DNA of 64,000 bases from a virus (IMGVR_UViG_2061766007_000330); one strand, 5' to 3'; counted from the first letter of the stretch, positions 28,022 through 37,506 are shown. Notes: generated by a model not told the origin, from the letters alone. Numbers and translations: made by a program.

Positions 28022-28984
28022 ATGTTGTTTATGGGAACCTTTATTTCAGTTCCAGAGTCAACACAAGATCCTCTGGATATATTGAATTCTACGTTCTTTG
28101 ACGAAACATTGGACCGTGACATTGAGCGTGCAATTACAATTGCGAAGAAGAAACAGTTGATTCATGAATATATTCAGTCGCTTGAAGGCGGCGAAGTTCA
28201 GTATGTTGTTGATGACCAGAATCTTTGGGAGAAAATCTTCGGTGTTCGTCTGACGGACGATGACTGGAAAGCTCTCGGAAAAGCGGGTTCGCGTATTTTG
28301 GATGGCATGGGAAAACTCTGTGTCGGTGTCAAAAACTTCGCAGTGAGCATCAAAAACTTTGCACAGAATAAGCGAATTTCTGAAGAGTACATCATCGAGA
28401 AGTTCGGAAAACTTTATAATAAACTGGCTTCAATTCCATATCGTAAAGCACAGGTGGAAGATGTTCCAACGTATGAACTGATGCATCTTCGTTGTGCTGG
28501 ATTGTTGTCAGTGTGTGGGTCAATCAAGGAAATGTCCGAGAAAGACCCTGGTGATTTGGATTTGTCAGATTCCATTCTTGACCGTGTTGCCAATCTATCA
28601 AAGAACGTGCTTCAAGTAACAGCGGCTGAGAAAGGATCGTCTGTTCGAAATCTGGCATGGCATGAACCACAGTTGACGACATATGACGTCAAAGCCTCGA
28701 AGTGGTGTAATGAACAAAATCTGAATAAGCTAAAGAACGTTTACTTGGATGTGAAATTTAACGCATCCGAAGACTTAGATAAAGCTTCTGAGAAGTTGAT
28801 TGCAAACTGCAAATCAATGGTTCAAGAAGAGCATGATGACAAGGATGAGTTGGTTGATACGTATTCGACCGCTTACATCATAGGGAAGATGATCAAGCAA
28901 GTGCACCAGTTTGGTATCCAGAGGGAGATTAATACGTGTTGCACAACGTATCTTGACCGTCTAATGGACTACAAATCTATGTAA
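28022..28984 (+). CDS. putative internal head protein
   Basis: acidic propeptide ending in SLE-G, then amphipathic helices; weak similarity to 33262-34050. Confidence 0.55.
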   Translation: MLFMGTFISVPESTQDPLDILNSTFFDETLDRDIERAITIAKKKQLIHEYIQSLEGGEVQYVVDDQNLWEKIFGVRLTDDDWKALGKAGSRILDGMGKLCVGVKNFAVSIKNFAQNKRISEEYIIEKFGKLYNKLASIPYRKAQVEDVPTYELMHLRCAGLLSVCGSIKEMSEKDPGDLDLSDSILDRVANLSKNVLQVTAAEKGSSVRNLAWHEPQLTTYDVKASKWCNEQNLNKLKNVYLDVKFNASEDLDKASEKLIANCKSMVQEEHDDKDELVDTYSTAYIIGKMIKQVHQFGIQREINTCCTTYLDRLMDYKSM

Positions 28985-28996
28985 AGGAGACGTTTA

Positions 28997-29341
28997 ATGA
29001 AAAGCTTATTCGAAGTGATGTATGGCAAACCCTTAACTTTCAGGGAACCTATCATTGATGGCTCGCACCCGTCGTTGTTTGACGACAAGGACCTGATGAC
29101 TGCCTCGGCAATGCTATCGGACGAAATCGACACGGCTACAAGTATCAGTAGGGGGACTCCGTTGGTTGTGTTCTTTGGAAACAAGGACAACGGATTAAAC
29201 AAGATGCTTGCTAAGCATGGATATAAGTCAACCGATAAGCCGATGCTGATTGTCGACGATCTCATCATCTACATCACAAACCCAGAAAATCGACTGCAGC
29301 GCAAAGAAACATCACCTATGTTAGGACTTCAAAACGTATGA
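28997..29341 (+). CDS. hypothetical protein
   Basis: 114 aa; AGGAG RBS. Confidence 0.65.
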   Translation: MKSLFEVMYGKPLTFREPIIDGSHPSLFDDKDLMTASAMLSDEIDTATSISRGTPLVVFFGNKDNGLNKMLAKHGYKSTDKPMLIVDDLIIYITNPENRLQRKETSPMLGLQNV

Positions 29342-30348
29342 AATCACGGTGTAACCACATAGCCATTGCTCAATCACATGCTAGAATTGGACTTTTAGGA
29401 AACCCATCGGATCTCTATAACGGAAAATGCCTCTCTGCATCCATTCTGAATTATACGACATTTGTCATCATCTATCCAAATGTTGACAAGTCTTCGACAA
29501 TATGGTTCCCAAGAAGCCAAAACGACGACAGCGTCTGGTCGTCTCGAAAACGTCTTGTGGACATGGTAGATTTGAACGGATACTACGGAAGTACCCGACT
29601 ATTCAAATCCGCTTATGTTCAGTTCATTAACTATCTGAAGAAAAAGAAACGCAGAATTCCAGCAGTTGGATTTAGTGTTCAGATGAAAACCAGTATTCCG
29701 ACAATGGTTGGATTGGCTGGGTCTTCTGCGATCGTCACAGCGTTCTTAAAGGCGTTGGCGAGTTTTTATGAGGAGAGGATTTCAGAATACGATTTAGTGT
29801 TATTGTCTGCTGAAGCAGAACGGGCATTGGGTATCCGTTGTGGATATCAAGACAGAATTGCGCAAATTTACAATAGTCTTGTTTTTATGGATTTTTCAAG
29901 AAATAACCCCAGTGAAACACGGGAATTTTCTTGTGAAAAACTCGATAAAAAGCTATTACCGATGATGTACATTGCCTATGCAAATAACACGAAAAAACAG
30001 TGTTCTGGACAGAAATTGACAGCGTCAAAAACACTAACGGCAGACGATCCAACAATACAGAATATTGCGTATCTGGCTACCGCAGGAAGAGAAGCGTTGT
30101 TAGCTGGAGACAAGAAATCGTTTTCAGAATACATTGATTTAAATTACAATCTTCGGGAATCGATTCTTCCTGTATCTGAAACGGATTCTGAAATTGTTCG
30201 ATTGGCACGAGCGTGCGGAATGTCAGCAAAACTGACAGGTTCTGGAGGTTGTATCACAGGTGTGTATACCTCTGAAGAACAGTATGACCGGTTCGTCGTC
30301 ACTATGAAGACAATGAATGTTTCTGTTGAAAAAGTCATATTTGCATAA
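29338..30348 (+). CDS. GHMP kinase, glucuronokinase-like
   Basis: ARIGLLGNPSD, GYYG..RL, IP..VGLAGSSAIV, G.QDR.AQ.Y..LVFMDFS and KLTGSGG, matching the glucuronokinase subfamily as I recall it. Confidence 0.85.
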   Translation: MKSRCNHIAIAQSHARIGLLGNPSDLYNGKCLSASILNYTTFVIIYPNVDKSSTIWFPRSQNDDSVWSSRKRLVDMVDLNGYYGSTRLFKSAYVQFINYLKKKKRRIPAVGFSVQMKTSIPTMVGLAGSSAIVTAFLKALASFYEERISEYDLVLLSAEAERALGIRCGYQDRIAQIYNSLVFMDFSRNNPSETREFSCEKLDKKLLPMMYIAYANNTKKQCSGQKLTASKTLTADDPTIQNIAYLATAGREALLAGDKKSFSEYIDLNYNLRESILPVSETDSEIVRLARACGMSAKLTGSGGCITGVYTSEEQYDRFVVTMKTMNVSVEKVIFA

Positions 30349-30357
30349 TACGTTCCT

Positions 30358-30390
30358 AGGATACAGGAGGGCTGTCCCCTCCTGTATCCT
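30358..30390. terminator. terminator between convergent genes
   Basis: 14-bp stem AGGATACAGGAGGG plus T tail. Confidence 0.8.
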
Positions 30391-30398
30391 TTTATCTG

Positions 30399-30920
30399 TT
30401 ATACTCTTGAACAGTTGAGTCGTTCAATGATTCCTGTAATCAATGTTCCGTCATAACCGTATTCACAGCGTTGATACATGGTGAATGTACGATGCCGTGT
30501 GACTTCTTTGTGAAGAAATTCGTATTCTGTCAGTTTGAAGTCCGTGTCGTATTTCATGAACGTGTTGTATTTCTTTACACCGATAATCAGTACGTGCTGT
30601 GAACCATGAATGGTTGGAGTCAATTCGAAATACTCCGTGTCTGGGACATACGTACCGAACAGTCGAAAGAACGTCTTGTCGCATCCGATAGTGTCGTGTA
30701 AATATTTTTCAAACTGCTCAATAAACAAATGCGTCGCTTTGCAATGATGACTGTTGTGAGTGAGTTCTTTATCTAAATCTGAATGACTGTAAAGACATGG
30801 ACAATTCTCGAACAAATAGGACCCTTTCAGTCCTGGAATCTTTGATTCGTCATACACGATTGTTAGCGGATTTCTATGGTCTGTGTCGTCTAGTGATTTG
30901 GATATGAGCATCGTTTTCAT
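30399..30920 (-). CDS. hypothetical protein
   Basis: 173 aa; GAGGA RBS. Confidence 0.65.
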   Translation of the reverse strand: MKTMLISKSLDDTDHRNPLTIVYDESKIPGLKGSYLFENCPCLYSHSDLDKELTHNSHHCKATHLFIEQFEKYLHDTIGCDKTFFRLFGTYVPDTEYFELTPTIHGSQHVLIIGVKKYNTFMKYDTDFKLTEYEFLHKEVTRHRTFTMYQRCEYGYDGTLITGIIERLNCSRV

Positions 30921-30945
30921 TTGAGTTTCCTCTGATAATAAATTG

Positions 30946-30976
30946 GTAGCATCCCCTTATAGAAAAGGGATGCTAC
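30946..30976 (-). terminator. terminator after the ClpP pair
   Basis: stem GTAGCATCCC/GGGATGCTAC. Confidence 0.7.
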
Positions 30977-30988
30977 TTAAAATAATAT

Positions 30989-31741
30989 TTAATCCTCGCC
31001 GTTGAATTTGTTGATAACTTCTTCAAGTTTCTTTCCGAACAGCGCAACTTTACCCTGATGTTCGGCGATATGAGTTAGTTGCTCGTCTGTCAAGAATCCA
31101 AAGGCACGAAGTCGATTCAACATAATGCCACGACGATATAACTCGGAATCCAGACCAGACTGCGCATCTTTAAATGCACCCGCTGCGCCAATTGTCGGTG
31201 CATCAAACTGAATAATGCCGTATGGACTATTGACGATGTAAGATGCAAACGTAAGAATGTAAGCGGCAGGCGTGTTAAGGATATAAGGAGACGAAATAGC
31301 GATGTCCTTTGACTTGCAATCACAAATAGCTCCGGCAATCACCTCACCCCATTCAATCGGAATCTTCGCCGGACCAAGAATCAGCACACGATCCGTCGGA
31401 CGAACAGCTTGCATCAGTGCGACAAAGTCGTTCATGACCAGACGTTTCAGCGTCATCACATTCAGGAAAACAGTCCAAATAGCCTGAGTATCCGAAAGCT
31501 CTCGACGAACATACCACAGTTTCATGCACCGAACCGTGTCGTTGTCGGGTGGCTGGTTTTCATCAACATTAAACAGCTTCGGCACTGGACCACCGTCAAA
31601 TGCCTCCTTAGAATAGGTCATCTGATCGGCTTTCTCGACAATATCAGCAACAGATGTTTCGGGTTCAGGAACATGAATGGACTCGGATGCGAACGTTAAT
31701 TTCGCAGGCTTGTTGAAGTAAAAATCACCATCGTTAATCAT
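30989..31741 (-). CDS. ClpP-like protein lacking catalytic Ser/His (ClpR-like)
   Basis: aligns with its neighbour: LNTPAAYI vs CASIAAVM; QFDAP vs MFHMP; FLTDEQL vs ILTDEQL. Confidence 0.65.
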   Translation of the reverse strand: MINDGDFYFNKPAKLTFASESIHVPEPETSVADIVEKADQMTYSKEAFDGGPVPKLFNVDENQPPDNDTVRCMKLWYVRRELSDTQAIWTVFLNVMTLKRLVMNDFVALMQAVRPTDRVLILGPAKIPIEWGEVIAGAICDCKSKDIAISSPYILNTPAAYILTFASYIVNSPYGIIQFDAPTIGAAGAFKDAQSGLDSELYRRGIMLNRLRAFGFLTDEQLTHIAEHQGKVALFGKKLEEVINKFNGED

Positions 31742-32355
31742 TTGTCACGTTCCTCCTCTTCCAGACGACCGCAGCATTCCTTGCTCAATTTGGCTTCAGG
31801 AATGTACGTGTCTTTTCGATTCATTACGATATCTTTAAGTTGCTCATCGGTCAAAATACCGTCTGTGATTTCTTTCAGCAAATCATAGAAATACTCTTGC
31901 ACCTGATGAGATTCCTCCTCAAGGTCTGCCGTTTTTCCGAAGTTTCCGCCGGATGGCATGTGAAACATGATGGTGGCATTTGGACCAGCATAGCGCTTGA
32001 CACCCTTGCAACCACACCACATGACAGCGGCAATACTGGCACAGAGACCATAGGTCACCGTGTAGATTTCAGCTTGACAATTGTGCATAGCATGCAGCAC
32101 CATGATTCCCGTATCGACGAATCCGCCACAGGAATAGAACAAAAGCTTGATGGTGTCTTCTTTTTTTGCGGAATACAAAACGTCGAACAATTCGACGTAG
32201 TTGTCGGGAGCGTCGACAAATTCATCAAAGATGCAAACGTATGTTTTACCACCGTTTGGCTTTGGATAGCAGGATACGATGCCTCTGGCTCCAGCAGGAC
32301 GCTGCGGCATGGAGGCAATTACTTTTGGTTTTTCAGTTTTATTTTCTTCAGCCAT
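31738..32355 (-). CDS. clpP: ClpP-family serine protease
   Basis: SCGG.V..G, GLCASIAA (Ser), IMFHMP (His), KDTYI (Asp). Confidence 0.85.
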   Translation of the reverse strand: MAEENKTEKPKVIASMPQRPAGARGIVSCYPKPNGGKTYVCIFDEFVDAPDNYVELFDVLYSAKKEDTIKLLFYSCGGFVDTGIMVLHAMHNCQAEIYTVTYGLCASIAAVMWCGCKGVKRYAGPNATIMFHMPSGGNFGKTADLEEESHQVQEYFYDLLKEITDGILTDEQLKDIVMNRKDTYIPEAKLSKECCGRLEEEERDK

Positions 32356-32429
32356 AGTTTTTACTCAATTTTATAGGCTATGTGTTAAAGTTAAATTGGT
32401 ATAAAATGATTAATAGAGGAGATTTTAAC

Positions 32430-33257
32430 ATGAAAAAACTGCTGTTTTTGTGCTTGTGTCTGACCCTTTCCGTTCTTGCTGAATATCAGGTGTTCAATTT
32501 CTCGACAACGATTAAACACGTTGAACCGGTCTATACAACCGGTGGAACAAAAATTGTATCGTCGACGCTTAAAGGCTATCTCGTCAGTGTCTGTTGTTAT
32601 CCGTGCGGTGCCAGTTTTGGAAAAGGCTATCCGACGTGGTTGTATGTAATCAGGAGAAACGACCCTGAGAAAATCCTGTGGAAGATTCCTGTCAAGGTTG
32701 ACGGCGGATTATTTGGTTATTACCTCAATCCTCTTAGATTGGAAGATATTTGGTATGATTATCACTACAGCAATGAACTGAAGAAATACACAAAGAAAGG
32801 GAACAAATCTTGGGTCAGGTTGGAATATACGTCGACAAACGCCGTAGAGGTGACGTTGACGAGCAAGAAAATAACCAAGACCTCGAGGACTGTTCAATAC
32901 GGACCACTCGGCAACGGATGTGGGACATTAATTGTACAGTGTTCCGGTTTCGGTTCTGGCAATGTCAAAACCAACACAAGAATTTATGAATGGGTGAATC
33001 CATATCTGGCAAGTGTCTCTGGAAGCGTCACGGGGACGTCGGTTTATCCTGAGTTCTCATTCGATCCGTCGAATTTGAGAGCGTATGACATTGCTCCAAT
33101 TACAGGCTCGTTTACAATACGATTCAACAATTCGATGACCGAGGAAATTCGAGGCACTGCTGACTGGTCGGTTATCGACAGAAGAATCTACAGACATTTA
33201 AAATACAAATCAATTGTTGAACAAGAAGGCGATGATTCGCTTTGGCTCGAGGATTAA
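32430..33257 (+). CDS. secreted/envelope protein with Sec signal peptide
   Basis: start moved to ATG 32430 (GAGGAG RBS); MKKLLFLCLCLTLSVLA signal; beta-rich with a Cys cluster CCYPC. Confidence 0.65.
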   Translation: MKKLLFLCLCLTLSVLAEYQVFNFSTTIKHVEPVYTTGGTKIVSSTLKGYLVSVCCYPCGASFGKGYPTWLYVIRRNDPEKILWKIPVKVDGGLFGYYLNPLRLEDIWYDYHYSNELKKYTKKGNKSWVRLEYTSTNAVEVTLTSKKITKTSRTVQYGPLGNGCGTLIVQCSGFGSGNVKTNTRIYEWVNPYLASVSGSVTGTSVYPEFSFDPSNLRAYDIAPITGSFTIRFNNSMTEEIRGTADWSVIDRRIYRHLKYKSIVEQEGDDSLWLED

Positions 33258-33261
33258 GAAC

Positions 33262-34050
33262 ATGGAATCTGATATACAGCAAGGGTTGAACCTGATTTCT
33301 CAATATCAAGAAAAACAGCAAGCATCGACAGAGACAATGCTTCAAGATTTCCTGAGGTGGGGTCCGTTTGGCGTTCTTGCGAACGTCTATCTGACGAGCA
33401 TTTCCAGAATTAAACGAGTGACGTTTCCTATACAGAAAGCAAAAGAGGCTGACTTTTCTTCTTCGCAGTTGGCAACAAACTGGTCTATCTATCTTCCAAA
33501 GCCAGACGAATTCGATAGACTGGTAAAAGCGTTGGAATCGTTGCGACAATCGATTATAAAAGTTACAAAAGACAAGTCGATGAAACCAGATGATGTTGTT
33601 GATAAGTTAAACAGATTAGGAATCGACTGCAAATATAACGGAAGCGTTAAATCGATGATAACCACCGATTGGGGGTGTGTGGCAGGCAGTTGGGCACTTA
33701 GTATGATCTGGTCGTTGTGTTTATTGTTCTGCCCCGCTGGGAGTATAATTGGGTCAATATTCGGTACTTATTACGGAGGTGCCATTGGATCTAAAAATGT
33801 TCAAGGTAAAGGTCTACTTCAAAACGGATGGACAGCTAAAAAGATAATCGAAGCTAGTAAAGTTGTTTATCAGACGATGTTGAACATTGAGGCACTTGAA
33901 AACGTTAAACCCTTGGATGAATCTAGAAAACTTAACGACTACGAATTCCGTGTTAAATTCATAAAGAAAGCGACAGAGGTTTACACGGAAACAGCGTGCT
34001 CTCTTGGCAGAGGTCTTTGCGCAGCAATCAATTTAGCCTACACAAAATAA
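33262..34050 (+). CDS. putative head protein with hydrophobic Gly-rich hairpin
   Basis: start at ATG 33262; propeptide ending in STE; hydrophobic segment WGCVAGSWALSMIWSLCLLFCPAGSIIGSIFG. Confidence 0.55.
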   Translation: MESDIQQGLNLISQYQEKQQASTETMLQDFLRWGPFGVLANVYLTSISRIKRVTFPIQKAKEADFSSSQLATNWSIYLPKPDEFDRLVKALESLRQSIIKVTKDKSMKPDDVVDKLNRLGIDCKYNGSVKSMITTDWGCVAGSWALSMIWSLCLLFCPAGSIIGSIFGTYYGGAIGSKNVQGKGLLQNGWTAKKIIEASKVVYQTMLNIEALENVKPLDESRKLNDYEFRVKFIKKATEVYTETACSLGRGLCAAINLAYTK

Positions 34051-34059
34051 AAAATAATA

Positions 34060-34091
34060 ATCACTGGAGCAGACGTATCTGCTCCAGTGAT
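34060..34091. terminator. terminator between convergent genes
   Basis: 14-bp stem ATCACTGGAGCAGA. Confidence 0.8.
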
Positions 34092-34109
34092 AATAAGTTA
34101 TAAATTGTA

Positions 34110-34715
34110 TTAATCTCTATTTCGGTCTTTTAATTTGTTATATATGGCGTTTGATAGTCTCCACGCGGACATACCTCTAAGGTTCGGTATACCGTGTGCG
34201 ATAAATGTGTTCATAACGTTGACATTTACAAAATACGACTTTAGTGTCCCAACCTGCATTTGTGTCGTATTCTTGATGGTTGTGAGAGTGTCACTAGTCA
34301 ACAGCGAAAATGGAGAATTGCTATCGTCCAGTTCTCGTTTTAATTTTTCACCATGTTCTATTGCGGTATGTAACGATTTTGCAGTCTTTGATTTAATTGT
34401 AGTCAAGTGCTCTTCGTAATTTTCACCTTCTTTGTACGGAAGACTGTAAATATTAGCACTGAGAATATCATCCCAATCAAATCTTGAATTGTTTGAATTG
34501 CCGCGTCTTGCGTAGTCCGACACACCCTTTTTGATCATTTTTATAATAGATTCCGTTGCTAAAGACGAGGATGGCAGGTTTAAAGAAATGTTAAATCCAT
34601 TAGTGTTATAGTTCTTTTTTATAGCGTTTAAATATTGTTTTGTATTTTGGATGATGTTGTTACAGTTGACAGTTACTTTGTTTTCAATAGCATTGATTTT
34701 TCCTGTCTCTTGTTT
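34110..34715 (-). CDS. probable C-terminal part of the 34673-35647 gene in the -1 frame
   Basis: the frame of ORF 34110-34538 stays open upstream to 34715 and overlaps the end of the upstream ORF. Confidence 0.55.
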   Translation of the reverse strand, partial: KQETGKINAIENKVTVNCNNIIQNTKQYLNAIKKNYNTNGFNISLNLPSSSLATESIIKMIKKGVSDYARRGNSNNSRFDWDDILSANIYSLPYKEGENYEEHLTTIKSKTAKSLHTAIEHGEKLKRELDDSNSPFSLLTSDTLTTIKNTTQMQVGTLKSYFVNVNVMNTFIAHGIPNLRGMSAWRLSNAIYNKLKDRNRD

Positions 34716-35647
34716 CTATCCGTTTCATTAAATAAATCGAAATATGTAGCAAACAGTGCATCACATGCTGAGATATATGTAGATGCGGCTTGTTGTATTT
34801 CTGAAAATCTCTTTATGTGGTTGCTAATTTGATTTTTCAATGCAGTTTGACCATTTTGCGTTAATGGGTTTTTCACATATTGTGCAAATTCCCATTGAAG
34901 CATTCCTTTTACAAATGTTGCCAAGACGCTTGTTGGATGTGTTTCGTAGTTTGTAGATTCATCACGCAATATGGCTAACACATCAGAAACATCATTCGAC
35001 GATAACTTAGTTTCTAATGTTCCAAAGTCGTTAAAATATTGTTTAATAGTATCGTATTTATTACTAGCGACTACAGTTCTAAAGTTTGTTGATAATTGCT
35101 CCCAAGATCCGCTTCCCGTATTAAGACTGGATGTGTCGAAATCTAAAGCGAACGTTATGAACCATATTAACTTATCTGCTAAATTATCCAAAAAATCAGA
35201 AATACAAGTTTGACATTCATTTCTTAAAAACGTTTCTGCTTTTGACTCGTCGAACGATGGATCTGGTTTTATCACGTTATACAGTATTTTAAAACTTGAG
35301 GATATGATTCCCCCACCACCGCCTCCGCCACCAGAAGAAGACAAAGCTGCAAAAATCGACACCAATATCATCAAAACAGCTCCGATGATCCATATGACAA
35401 CAGCGGCGGCAACTTCGCACGAATATGAGACATTTGGTGTTTTTAAGTTTAATTTATAACAGAGGTCTTCGAACTCTGGCATAATGTATTTGGCATAAGT
35501 TCTCGTTGTAAACTGTCTTCTGTTGAATGATTCAACAGAAGAACAAATACCAGGTCGTCCAAATCCCTCGACGTCTGAAATCGCCATCAGTTTGTCGAAC
35601 AACCCAAAGGCTCGTTGTGCTAAAATAAAACTTTCTTGACTATTCAT
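34673..35647 (-). CDS. putative head/ejection protein: propeptide, TM helix, poly-Gly linker
   Basis: SQE, SVE and SCE sites, then VAAAVVIWIIGAVLMILVSIFAAL-SSSGGGGGGGG; N-terminus paralogous to 37507-39252. Confidence 0.65.
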   Translation of the reverse strand: MNSQESFILAQRAFGLFDKLMAISDVEGFGRPGICSSVESFNRRQFTTRTYAKYIMPEFEDLCYKLNLKTPNVSYSCEVAAAVVIWIIGAVLMILVSIFAALSSSGGGGGGGGIISSSFKILYNVIKPDPSFDESKAETFLRNECQTCISDFLDNLADKLIWFITFALDFDTSSLNTGSGSWEQLSTNFRTVVASNKYDTIKQYFNDFGTLETKLSSNDVSDVLAILRDESTNYETHPTSVLATFVKGMLQWEFAQYVKNPLTQNGQTALKNQISNHIKRFSEIQQAASTYISACDALFATYFDLFNETDRNKRQEKSMLLKTK

Positions 35648-35676
35648 GATCTTGATTAAACTTGTTAATTGGTTTA

Positions 35677-36648
35677 TTACAAAGTGTTGACAACAACGTT
35701 GTATCCGTTATCCACCAATTTTTTACGCAATTGCTTGAATATCGTTTTAGACAACGCTGTGGAATCTGGGTCTGTTGTTTGTTTGTGATAGGTCAAAGAC
35801 GGGTAGTCTTTATAGGGTATCAATTCAATTGATCCAGAATTTATACCATATTCTTTTAGTCTTTCAGGAACTTCGAGAGACGACGATTCGTTTTGTGGCA
35901 TAAGCACGTAATTGATCGTACCTAACAAACCCAAGTCATAGGCGTGCTTTATGTTTTGTATCGTCGTTTCAAAATGTCCGCCGCGCCTAATAGATTCATA
36001 GGTGTTTTTGTCAAATCCGTCGATTGATGCACCGATTTTGATAGATTTGTCACAAAGAGTCAGATGCGTAAAAATGTCGTCTTGAATTTCAGGTAATAAC
36101 CGTGTGTAGTTTGATAACGCATAGATGTTTTTGACATAATCGGATTCAGTCAACTCCATCAACCATTTATAGGAATACCCGTTTTTGAAGTCCATAAACG
36201 GTTCTCCTTTCGTGGTCAGCCGAATGCTCCTAACAATGTTCTTAAAATAGTTCATGCATTCTAACTGCACTCGTTTTCGAAGATCTTTAAGTTCGTTATG
36301 TTCATTCGATGGAATGTAACAATGAACGCATCGCAAATTACAGTCGCCATCAACAGAAATATTTACATTGTTTATTTTTGTGAACGGTTCTTCTGTATAT
36401 CGCATAGATGTGCAACGACACGTTTTTGCTAATTCAATTAACGACATATTTTCAAATAAGGCGTTAAGATAACCAGAAACGTCTCTTGAAAATTCATTAA
36501 TATCCTCTGGGATATATGAACTGATTGTGTTCCTGATCCTTTCCGCATTCTCTGGTAGTTTTGCTAGACAGCAGTCGAACCACAGTTTCAGTTTCTCATG
36601 TTCGTAGATGATCGACAGCCTTCGTGTTTTTGAACAATAAATTTGCAT
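35677..36648 (-). CDS. radical SAM domain protein
   Basis: CNLRCVHC, KGEPF, SIDG...TYESIRRGG. Confidence 0.85.
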   Translation of the reverse strand: MQIYCSKTRRLSIIYEHEKLKLWFDCCLAKLPENAERIRNTISSYIPEDINEFSRDVSGYLNALFENMSLIELAKTCRCTSMRYTEEPFTKINNVNISVDGDCNLRCVHCYIPSNEHNELKDLRKRVQLECMNYFKNIVRSIRLTTKGEPFMDFKNGYSYKWLMELTESDYVKNIYALSNYTRLLPEIQDDIFTHLTLCDKSIKIGASIDGFDKNTYESIRRGGHFETTIQNIKHAYDLGLLGTINYVLMPQNESSSLEVPERLKEYGINSGSIELIPYKDYPSLTYHKQTTDPDSTALSKTIFKQLRKKLVDNGYNVVVNTL

Positions 36649-36666
36649 GTGTGTTTGTTGAATAAA

Positions 36667-36697
36667 CTCTCTGCAGGTCGCTTAAACCTGCAGAGAG
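36667..36697 (-). terminator. terminator after the protease gene
   Basis: 12-bp stem CTCTCTGCAGGT. Confidence 0.75.
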
Positions 36698-36709
36698 GCA
36701 GTTTAATTG

Positions 36710-37501
36710 TTATTTGAACAGACTATGGAAAATGTCATGAGCATGACCACGGGCGTCTCTCAGAACTTTACCACCCTCGTCAACATACCCATGAATTTTA
36801 CCGCAGATTTCGACATTGTCAACGCCGAGAATATCCAACAGTTCGTTGTCGTTTAGTGATTCTTGACCAATGATTTCTGTAATCTCAGAGACATGCTGTT
36901 CTGGATGTTCGATTGGAACAGAATAACCTTCACATGCTGGATCATAAACCTTGGAAGCTTCTGCATATCCTGGGCAGTCGACGGCATCAATGGTGATTAG
37001 TGCTGTGACCTTCTGTTTGATAACGAATCCATCTTCACCTGTCTTTGCGACCAGTGAACGTAATGAGAATGCAGGATTCAGAACAGGAGATTCGAGCGCT
37101 TCTTTGAGATACGTACCACATGGTCCAAACGGTTTGACATCCCCGTAGACAATCGTGTGACCTTTTTCGGTCGTTTTACCAGTGTAAACACGAAGAATCG
37201 TGTGACTAACTCGGGTACGGTCGATGGTCATGATGCGTGCCATTTCCTCGTCTTTGAAAATCAGAGGATGACACCATTCGCCTTCCAATTGACCAGCTTT
37301 GAGCTTCTTGCAAAACGTAGACGATGGAGAAGACAATGCTTCAACCATTGATTCAACTTCGTAGTCTTTCCCATTGCGGGAAACTTTTCCGATGACAAGT
37401 AGCGGAAGATCTTTGAAGATTCCGTTGCTGTCGGCTTTAAGTGCCTTCCCCTTTCCTTTCGTGGTGGTGATGGCACTGATATCAAAAGAAATATTTGACA
37501 T
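36710..37501 (-). CDS. prohead (head maturation) protease, phiKZ gp175-like
   Basis: L.GEWCHP, RVSHTI (His), VKPFGP, AFSLRS (Ser), TIDAV..PG. Confidence 0.85.
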   Translation of the reverse strand: MSNISFDISAITTTKGKGKALKADSNGIFKDLPLLVIGKVSRNGKDYEVESMVEALSSPSSTFCKKLKAGQLEGEWCHPLIFKDEEMARIMTIDRTRVSHTILRVYTGKTTEKGHTIVYGDVKPFGPCGTYLKEALESPVLNPAFSLRSLVAKTGEDGFVIKQKVTALITIDAVDCPGYAEASKVYDPACEGYSVPIEHPEQHVSEITEIIGQESLNDNELLDILGVDNVEICGKIHGYVDEGGKVLRDARGHAHDIFHSLFK

Positions 37502-37506
37502 AATAA

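Noticed and set aside
31738-32355. ClpP as the prohead protease
   Set aside because: A gp175-type protease is present at 36710-37501, and the putative head proteins carry its S/A/G-X-E sites
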